A DNA stretch of 64,000 nt from positions 320,001 through 384,000 of the forward strand of contig CAVRCF010000005.1 in NCBI GenBank assembly GCA_963719505.1. The letters run 5' to 3'. The translations under genes and the position numbers were made by a program. The first letter of the stretch is position 1; every line of letters begins with the position of its first letter. Source of the DNA: Halobacteriovoraceae bacterium. Its GTDB lineage: Bacteria > Bdellovibrionota > Bacteriovoracia > Bacteriovoracales > Bacteriovoracaceae. Below, piece after piece: positions 38,296 through 46,800 of the stretch. The notes beneath the pieces were generated by a model. That model did no database searches. It worked only from the letters and a program-made list of their open reading frames with translations, and was not told the DNA's origin.

Positions 38296-38955
38296 ATGAG
38301 CTTAACGAAAGAACAAATAGCACAAGTCATAGCCAAAGAACTTCAAGATGGTTTTTATGTCAATCTTGGAATCGGTATACCGACACTAGTAGCAAACTAT
38401 GTTCCAAAGAATATGGAGATCATGCTCCAGTCAGAAAATGGTCTTTTAGGAATGGGTGAATTCCCAACAGAAGAGACACTAGATCCAGACCTTATTAATG
38501 CTGGAAAACAAACCGTGACTGTCATCGAAGGTGGATCATTCTTTAATTCAGCAGAAAGCTTTGCCATGATTAGAGGTGGCCATGTGGATCTTACAGTTCT
38601 AGGTGCATTTGAAGTCGACCAAACAGGTAATATTGCCTCTTATATGATCCCAGGAAAACTTGTAAAGGGTATGGGCGGAGCGATGGATTTAGTTGCAGGC
38701 GCTGAAAATATTATTGTGGCCATGACCCATGCAAATAAACATGGTGAAAGTAAAATTTTAAAAAATTGCTCCCTACCCCTCACTGGCGTTAACTGCGTAA
38801 AGAAAGTCGTAACAGATCTCGCTGTGATGGAGCTTCGCGATGGAGCCTTTCATTTACTAGAAAGAGCACCGGGAGTAAGTGTTGAGGAGATTCAAAGTAA
38901 AACTGAAGCACAACTCATCATTAGCGGTGAGATACCGGAGATTAAGCTGAGCTAA
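38296..38955 (+). CDS. scoB: 3-oxoacid CoA-transferase subunit B
   Basis: NLGIGIPT, catalytic QSENG, MIRGGH, GMGGAMDLV. Confidence 0.9.
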   Translation: MSLTKEQIAQVIAKELQDGFYVNLGIGIPTLVANYVPKNMEIMLQSENGLLGMGEFPTEETLDPDLINAGKQTVTVIEGGSFFNSAESFAMIRGGHVDLTVLGAFEVDQTGNIASYMIPGKLVKGMGGAMDLVAGAENIIVAMTHANKHGESKILKNCSLPLTGVNCVKKVVTDLAVMELRDGAFHLLERAPGVSVEEIQSKTEAQLIISGEIPEIKLS

Positions 38956-38958
38956 CTT

Positions 38959-39726
38959 TTAAACTAAGTTAGCTTTGTCTTTTAAGAAAACCATTTTTTT
39001 CGCCGTATAAAGGGCAATTAGGCCGTTAAGAAGGTATGATTCTTTGAAACCAATATACATGAGGTCATACTTTAATTTCTGTTCAGCAGTCGCATCATAG
39101 ACAAGAGCGATTTGTGCTAAACCAGTAATACCTGGCTTAACAAAATGTCTATCAGAGTAGTTTGTTATTTCTTTGTCATAAACATTAGTAAATTCTGGTC
39201 TCTCGGGACGAGGTCCAATAAAAGCCATATCTCCACGAAGGACGTTTAGTAATTGAGGAAGCTCATCAAGGTGAGACTTTCTAAGAAAGGCACCAAGTTT
39301 TGTAATTCTTGGATCACCGCTCCAACTTAAAACGTGACCAGTATTAACTTCAGCGTCCATCACCATCGTTCTAAACTTTAAAATTTTAAATTCTTTCCCA
39401 TCTTTACCAATTCTAACCTGCTTAAAAAGAATATCTCCACGCGAAGAAATCTTTATTGCCATAGCCACGACAATTAAAATGGGAGAGAAAAGAAGAATCA
39501 AAAAAATAGCGAAAGCTTTTTCCCAAAATAAATTTAAATAATTGACCTTATCAATATCAGAATCAATTCTGTAGTGATCGAAGAAGTATTTGAAAACAGG
39601 GTTTTTCCACTGTTGGGTGTTTTGAAAATCACCAACGTCTTTTAGAAGTAAACCATTTAATGAAGGTGTGAAGAAACCAGTCGTTCTCATTTTTATTAAG
39701 CTCCAATGCGTAACAGTATGTGTCAT
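38959..39726 (-). CDS. Priming sugar (phosphoglycosyl) transferase, short form
   Basis: FKQVRIG, KFRTM, DPRIT, LDELPQLLNV, GPRPERP, KPGITGLAQ; alternative start ATG 39690 has a GGAG RBS. Confidence 0.92.
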   Translation of the reverse strand: MTHTVTHWSLIKMRTTGFFTPSLNGLLLKDVGDFQNTQQWKNPVFKYFFDHYRIDSDIDKVNYLNLFWEKAFAIFLILLFSPILIVVAMAIKISSRGDILFKQVRIGKDGKEFKILKFRTMVMDAEVNTGHVLSWSGDPRITKLGAFLRKSHLDELPQLLNVLRGDMAFIGPRPERPEFTNVYDKEITNYSDRHFVKPGITGLAQIALVYDATAEQKLKYDLMYIGFKESYLLNGLIALYTAKKMVFLKDKANLV

Positions 39727-39804
39727 TTATTTACACAAGTTTTACAACATCTATGGAGATGGTTCTACTAGGTTCTCTAAAACCTGTAAATTCTTCATTC
39801 TTTT

Positions 39805-42759
39805 CTAAAAAGAGGCTTCTAGAGCTGATTCTAATTTTTTATTGAGTAAATCTAGGGATTTAGGTGATATTTTCTCTCTGGGATCGAGTTTGTTAAGTTT
39901 TAGTGTTGAGACTGCTTTCAGCAGATCCACGGCACTCTTGCTTTTGGATTTCTCCAAGAAAACGAGTTTACGGTAAGTATAAAGGCCTCTGGTTGCCAGT
40001 TCAAACTTCAAAGCTGTCGCAATTGATCCTGAGCTTTTTGGGTAGATCATAAAAACATCTGTCTCTCGCCCATCGAGTTCAAAATAAGGATAATTTTGAA
40101 CGGCTGCCAAGTGCCAATCTAAATAAGCTTTTAGCCCATTTTTCCTCGCTTTATAAAGCCAAAAACCAAAAGTGTACTCTGGGTTATCCACCGGCTTTAC
40201 TGATCCATTATAAGCCCCCCACTTGCCCTTAAGCTTCTTGGTCTGAGACTTTTCGATTGATGAGTAAAGTCCTAAATCAAAGAATTTATTGAGCTTGTAG
40301 AGAGACTGATCACCTTCTCCAAAACCACTGAGAAGTAACTTTGGAAAATTCTTTTTTAGCCTCAAACCCTGGGTCACATCTTCATCAACTTTATTTGAAT
40401 ACCCTTGGGCTTCGTCAGAGAAACTTTGATAAATTTTAACCCCAAAAGCTTTGCTCAGTTTTTGGTAGACTTCATAATCACTTTGAGATTCAACACTAAA
40501 AGCTCCAAGATAGGTGAAAACTGAGTCCATTTGGTTTTGACTAGCGAAAGCTAAAACCTCAGAAAGCTCTTTTGACTGCTCAATACTAGGCAGCCCACTA
40601 AAGGTGGTAAAACCTCTTTTACTTAATTCCCTAAGGGACTTCATTCGTAATTTCTGAGTAAAGGCCAAAACTTTTGGGTCTTCAAAGTAAACTTTAGGGA
40701 AAGGATCAAGCCCAATAAAGCCCACTGGAAAGTCAGGCTTCTCTAAAGACAGTGGGATATATTTGTAAATAACAGAAGCAGACCAAGTAAAATCGTCTCC
40801 CTTAATAGAAAAACTCGTTCGACTCTTAATCTTATCCACACTATTTTGAGCTTTATTTTTAACAAGAATATACAAGACCTCAAAGGCCGTAAGCTTCTTT
40901 GAAAGAAGTTTCTCTCCAATTATTTTAGGTGCAAGTTGGTAAGACTCATGATTCATGGTCATTGAGGCCAATTGTTTTTTAACTTCATAAACTTCAAAAC
41001 TCTTATCGTCTTCAAAAGAAAAGTTAAAAGTGCGCTCAACACTATTATTACTAATCTTAATCAGTGAAAAATCCTCTTCGCCTTTCACAGAAGAAAGCTC
41101 TATATCTTTGTGGGTTACCTGTGCACTTAAGCCGAGGCTTCTTCCAAGAACTTCCACTTGAACTTCTTTTAGCTTTTTTGTTTCATCCAAAGAGCTTGCA
41201 AGTTTAGAATAATCGAGCTCCTTTGCTGATGAGAGTTGATCTAAAAAAGAATTTGCCTGGTCACCTTTATTAATTGGGAAAAGAACCAAAGAATTCAGAC
41301 TAATAGCTGTCTTATCACCACTAAATTTTAATATTATCTTTTTGTCAGTTACCCTAACTTTTGTTTTATAAAATTTAAAGATTGATGACATAAAAAGTTC
41401 ATAAGGATTTTGAGAGTCTTGGAAAGAGACAAATTCAAAGCGAAAATAGTCCTCTAAAAATCTCTCAAAGCTGTCTCTTTGCTCCTTTATAAAAGGCTGT
41501 GAGTTTATCGAGACCTCTCTTTTCTTCCAAAAAGGAATATCCCAATAACCCAATTTTTCTATATTTACCCAAACATGATAAAAGTCATTGGGAAGGTCAA
41601 TGCGAAAGGAGCCAGAAGTAATATCAATTGTAGATTGATCTAACCGCGAGCTGTACTGGGAATCGTCAACACTTGAATATTCAGGGGCCACAAAACCAAA
41701 GCCATCTTTTCTATTGTATAAACTGTGGGTCGTTATCGTTTGATAGTTCGAAATATCTCTATCTCTCAGCTTTGCAAAATTAAAAACCTTAACAAATGGA
41801 GGTGCTTTGGGATAGATCTGAGGCAAAAGTGTAAAATCTGTAAAAACGAACTCCTTACTCGTTTTCTCCCCTTGTCCATCTGGATCAACAACGACGAACA
41901 TTTTCTTCAAACTTTTTAAATTAACACTTTTATAATTCTTACTAGATCCCCTCTCTCCTTGGTAACGTCGAAGTTCAAACTCTAGCCAATTCTTGCCAGG
42001 CTTTACCAGTACTTTAAAATTTGCTTGAGTCCAGTAACCTTTTGTTTCAGTGTCTTGAATCGTAAAGTAAAGCAGATAGTTTGAGTCTGTCGGGTTTGAA
42101 AGATTAAAGCCAATTCTATCGTATTTAGTAAAATTATAGTCCTCTAAAAGTGAGGCGTTAAAATTAATATATTGTCCTATCTTTGCTCGATATACTGAAT
42201 CAAAGATTAACTCCTTCTTTTTGGCCATCACAACTTTTGGAGCTTTCTTATTTTTTAAAGTTGAAACCTTTGTTTTTGAAAAACTAAAAGGCAAATGTTT
42301 TGAGGTCTCCTTTAATAAAACATTATCCACCCAAAGAGTTCCCGGAGAATTGAGCCTGAACCATAGCTTTAAAGACTTTTTAACCTTGAAGGTTTGAGTC
42401 ATTTTCGACCAATCAAAAGAGCCTGTCTCATTTTGAAATATATCTTTAATCCCACTGCCATTATCGTAGAAAGCTCTAAAAGAATAATATTTTCCTTTTT
42501 GAATCTTTGACCCCTTGAGCATAGCACTCAGTTGATAGAGGCCAGGCTTTAGATCATCGAAATAAAAATAGAGAGTTTGTTCTTCACCAAAATCTGTCAT
42601 CATTTTAACAGAGCCCTTCTCAGACGCTCCATTTGAATCCATTTCAAAGGATCCAGAACCCCATGACGCAGCTCCCCCTAAACCTTTATTAAACTTAAAT
42701 TCCTTGCCTATTGAATCAATGGATAAAAGAACAGATAATAAAAGAATGAAAAACGCCAT
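39805..42759 (-). CDS. Large secreted protein, putative multi-domain glycoside hydrolase / carbohydrate-binding protein
   Basis: Signal peptide; CBM-like segments (GSFDWSK..GTLWVDNV) and a C-terminal region with FSDE reminiscent of TIM-barrel GHs; located in the EPS locus. Confidence 0.45.
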   Translation of the reverse strand: MAFFILLLSVLLSIDSIGKEFKFNKGLGGAASWGSGSFEMDSNGASEKGSVKMMTDFGEEQTLYFYFDDLKPGLYQLSAMLKGSKIQKGKYYSFRAFYDNGSGIKDIFQNETGSFDWSKMTQTFKVKKSLKLWFRLNSPGTLWVDNVLLKETSKHLPFSFSKTKVSTLKNKKAPKVVMAKKKELIFDSVYRAKIGQYINFNASLLEDYNFTKYDRIGFNLSNPTDSNYLLYFTIQDTETKGYWTQANFKVLVKPGKNWLEFELRRYQGERGSSKNYKSVNLKSLKKMFVVVDPDGQGEKTSKEFVFTDFTLLPQIYPKAPPFVKVFNFAKLRDRDISNYQTITTHSLYNRKDGFGFVAPEYSSVDDSQYSSRLDQSTIDITSGSFRIDLPNDFYHVWVNIEKLGYWDIPFWKKREVSINSQPFIKEQRDSFERFLEDYFRFEFVSFQDSQNPYELFMSSIFKFYKTKVRVTDKKIILKFSGDKTAISLNSLVLFPINKGDQANSFLDQLSSAKELDYSKLASSLDETKKLKEVQVEVLGRSLGLSAQVTHKDIELSSVKGEEDFSLIKISNNSVERTFNFSFEDDKSFEVYEVKKQLASMTMNHESYQLAPKIIGEKLLSKKLTAFEVLYILVKNKAQNSVDKIKSRTSFSIKGDDFTWSASVIYKYIPLSLEKPDFPVGFIGLDPFPKVYFEDPKVLAFTQKLRMKSLRELSKRGFTTFSGLPSIEQSKELSEVLAFASQNQMDSVFTYLGAFSVESQSDYEVYQKLSKAFGVKIYQSFSDEAQGYSNKVDEDVTQGLRLKKNFPKLLLSGFGEGDQSLYKLNKFFDLGLYSSIEKSQTKKLKGKWGAYNGSVKPVDNPEYTFGFWLYKARKNGLKAYLDWHLAAVQNYPYFELDGRETDVFMIYPKSSGSIATALKFELATRGLYTYRKLVFLEKSKSKSAVDLLKAVSTLKLNKLDPREKISPKSLDLLNKKLESALEASF

Positions 42760-42783
42760 AACAAGTCTCTTTAAAAAGTAATA

Positions 42784-43812
42784 TTGATGTATTTTACACT
42801 CAAAAACTCAACTTTAAAAATTTTAAAGCTCTTTGGCCTCTTCCAGCTCTTTCGCATCAAGAACATAGATAAAATTCCTATCCTTTGCTATCACGGAGTC
42901 TCAATAAATGATGAACATGAGTTTATGCCATCAAATTATATGAGATTTGAGACGTTTAAAAGTAGAATTCTTTTTTTGAAGAGAATGGGCTACAGGATCA
43001 TCAGTCTGCAAGAATCTTTAGAGATGGTTAGAAACAAAAACATTGAAAAAAACTGTATCGTGATCACCATCGATGATGGTTTTACACCAATATTTGACGA
43101 ACTAGTCCCCTTTCTCATAGATCAAAATCTGCCCGCCACAATTTATGTCACATCTTATAAATCTAAATATGAAGTCCCTATTTTTCGCCTTGTTGCTCAA
43201 TACCTTTTTTGGAAATCTGAAAAAAATATTGAATTAGAAAAAATTGATATCGAAAAAGCTGATGGAACTAAGCTTGAGCTCAAAAAAATGCGCACTGAAG
43301 AAGAGCTTTGGGAATTTATAACACTTTGTGAACAGACATGTAAAAGAAAGGAGAGGTTTAGGATTCTTCATTCACTAGCTTCGGAATTCAATTTGGAACT
43401 AACGCCCTCTATTATCAAAGCACACTCAATTGCAAATAAAGAAACTCTCACTAAATTTGGCCAACATAAGAATATCAATCTGCAGCTTCATACACACTCC
43501 CACAAAACGAAGTTAACAGCTCTAGGATTTAAAAAAGATATTATTAAAAATATTGAGTATCTCGAGCAAACCGTATCACATCCACTCGTTCATTTTTGCT
43601 ACCCAAGTGGGCACTGGGAAGAGGAGATGATTCCGATCTTAAAAGAGTTAAACATCCAAAGTGCAACGACCTGTGACCTAGGGCTCATGGATAAACAAAC
43701 TGATCCCTATAAGATTCCAAGAATTATCGATTCTGAGTCAATCAGTGAAATTGTCTTTTACGCCGAAATCGTAGGCCTCTCGTCATGGCTTAGAAATCTC
43801 CTCAATAAATGA
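42784..43812 (+). CDS. Polysaccharide deacetylase (CE4/NodB family)
   Basis: ILCYHGV, ITIDDGF, LHTHSH, HFCYPSG, IPRI. Confidence 0.9.
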   Translation: MMYFTLKNSTLKILKLFGLFQLFRIKNIDKIPILCYHGVSINDEHEFMPSNYMRFETFKSRILFLKRMGYRIISLQESLEMVRNKNIEKNCIVITIDDGFTPIFDELVPFLIDQNLPATIYVTSYKSKYEVPIFRLVAQYLFWKSEKNIELEKIDIEKADGTKLELKKMRTEEELWEFITLCEQTCKRKERFRILHSLASEFNLELTPSIIKAHSIANKETLTKFGQHKNINLQLHTHSHKTKLTALGFKKDIIKNIEYLEQTVSHPLVHFCYPSGHWEEEMIPILKELNIQSATTCDLGLMDKQTDPYKIPRIIDSESISEIVFYAEIVGLSSWLRNLLNK

Positions 43813-46800
43813 ATCTTGCACTTTTGCACTCTCAACAAAGGTAGCATGAGGGACATCAAAGGTGACTATTTTAATGTCTCCTTTGATAACTCCACCCCAA
43901 CCAAGTAAGGAATCCGAATAAAATCCCTTCTGAGTAAGAGGGGCCCTGAAAAGAACCATATCACCGTCGTAAGAAGATACGACGTGCTCCTTCATACACT
44001 TAAAATTATTTTTTTCTATTTTATAATATCTTAAATGATGAGGAATTATTCTTCCTGTCTTTTCATACTTTGCTATTTCTTTCTCTTTAAAAAAGGAGCT
44101 AATTCTATAGAAGAGTGAGTCCTTTAACCGTTCAAAACGTTTTTTTAATGTGATATAAGGTTTGAATTGAAGATTAGGTCCTGAAGTATCAAACATTATG
44201 AGCTTGCCCACCTCAACATCAATCTTTTTTAATTCGATTGCCACTTCTAAAGCTAATAATCCTCCCATAGAGCCGCCAGCGAGGAATACTTTCTTACTAT
44301 CGACGGTATTAACAATTTCTTTTGCATAATGCACGGCCATCTCTTTAATCGACTGATGGAGCTCACTGATTCCGTCCACACCACTGGCCTGAAGACCATA
44401 AACAGCTTTATTCGCCGCGACCTTTAAGCCCAGGTCTCGATAATTTAAAACATTTCCACCGACTCCATGAAACATAAATAAAGGGATACCATCATTACCA
44501 TCTCTTATCTTCACAACACAAGTCGATGCCCTTGAGTCGCCTAAATTTTTATCTGAAGTTGATGAAATCTTTTTTGCTTTTAATTTGAGATCAATGAGTT
44601 CAGAGATTAAAAAGATTGTTGGATAGTCAAAAAGCATACTCAATTCAAGTTGGATGTCGAACTTATTTTCGATTTTAGAAAATAAAGTGACTGATAAAAT
44701 TGAATGTCCGCCAATATCAAAAAAGTTATCTTGTATTCCAAAATCATTTTTTGCCAAAACCGACACCCACAAATCTTTTACCGCTCTTTCGGTCTCAGTC
44801 TTGGGCTCCACCCTCTCAAGCTTTGTAGAGGGTTTTTGGCCACCTGACAAAAGACTTAAAGGACTTGGAAGATTCTTTTTATCTATTTTGTCATTTAGAG
44901 TTTTAGGAAAAGAATCAAGCTTAATAAAGTTTGATGGAATCATATAAACGGGTAGACTCACACTGAGAAACTTTCTAAGTTCTAGATGATTAAAATCACC
45001 AATAATATAAGCCACTAGTCGAACATCACCTGGAATATCCTCTCGAGTGATTACAACACAAGAGGTGACACCTGGACTTTTAGCAATTTGAGCCTCAATC
45101 TCTCCAAGCTCAATTCGATAGCCTCTTACCTTCACTTGACCGTCGTTTCTTCCTAGACATTCAAGATCACCATTATAATTCCACCTGGCAAGATCTCCAG
45201 TATTATAAACCCTTGTCTTAAGTCTCTCGTTAAAAGAGAATACTTTTTGGGTTAAATCATCTCTTTTTCTATAGCCTTTAGCTAAGCCTTCACCGGCAAT
45301 AAAGAGTTCACCAGTTGCTCCTATTGGAACACTCTGACCTCGCTCATCTAGTATATATACCTGGGTATTGTCTATAGGTTTACCGATGAGCATTTTCTTG
45401 TCATCTTTCTTTATCTTTTTACATGTCGACCAGACAGTCGTCTCAGTTGGACCATACATATTCCAGACATCTTGTGTTTGCTCTAAAAGAGTTTCGGCTA
45501 AATCCAAAGGAAAGGGCTCTCCCCCACAAAGAACTTTAAATCCTTCTTTTGCTTGCCAACCTGAGGCTAAAAGAAGTCTCCAAGTAGAAGGAGTGGCCTG
45601 CATCGCCGTAATTTCTTTATCGGATATAATTGTCTTTAAGGAATCTCCGTTAATGGTTTGTGCTTTGCTAGCGATAAAAACAGAACCTCCCACCAAAAGA
45701 GGAGCGTATAATTCAAGTACCGCAATATCAAAACTTAAAGTCGTCACGGCCAATAGACTTGTTGAACTCTTTAATCCAGGAGTTTTCACCATTGATTGAA
45801 GGAAGTTTGAAACACTCCTGTGAGTGAGTTCAACTCCTTTTGGAAGGCCTGTTGAACCTGAGGTATAAATGACATACATCAGGGCATCTAAATCGACTTT
45901 CGGAAACTCACATCTGTTAAGAGATTCATTCTCAGTTAACTCACTAAGGTCAACAACAGTGAGGCTTTTTGAGAACCTCTCTTTATATTTGCTACTAGCA
46001 ATAATAATATTTAAATCAGATGTCTCAACCATATAGTCAATACGATCCTTTGGAAAGGATGGCTCCAGAGGAATATAACCGGCACCCGCTTTCATAATAC
46101 CTAAAAGCGCGATCAGCATTTGACTCTCTCTATCAACACAAAGACCAACGAGATCCCCTGGCTTAACCCCCCTATTGATTAAGGATGAAGCATAACGATC
46201 GGATAGATTTAAAACCTCTGAGTAAGTAAAACTTTTCTTTTCACAATAGATTGCTGTATTATCTGGAAATTGAAGACAGCTTTTTTCAAATAATTCACTA
46301 ACAGTAAGTGATTCATTTTCGCACACGGTAGCATTCCAGCTGTTTTCTAACATAAATTTTTGATCATCAGTTACAACATCAATTACTCCTAGAGGGCTAT
46401 CCAATAAATTGAGAATTGATTTAACCAGTAGCTCGAAACTCTCCTTGATTCTCGTAATAGTGATCTCACTAAAAAGATCAACTCTATAAACAAAAGCCCC
46501 TTCTATTTTATCTTGGCTGGCTTTAACCCAAAGATCTAAATCAGTATGGGTAGTATTTGTTTTTCTTTTGACATGGGAAATTGGATTTGAATCAAAGGTA
46601 GAACTTCGATTTGAAACTTCCTGAAAGGTAAAGAAAGACTGAAAGACAGGGGATCTAGATGTATCTTGACCAATTCCTAAAAGTTTAACAACGTCTTCAA
46701 AGATCACCTGCTCATTATCAAAACCTTGAAAACAGGCGCTTGCCACATTTTTAATAAAATTTTGTAGCTCCATCTCTTTTGAAAGCTCAGTGCGAATAGC

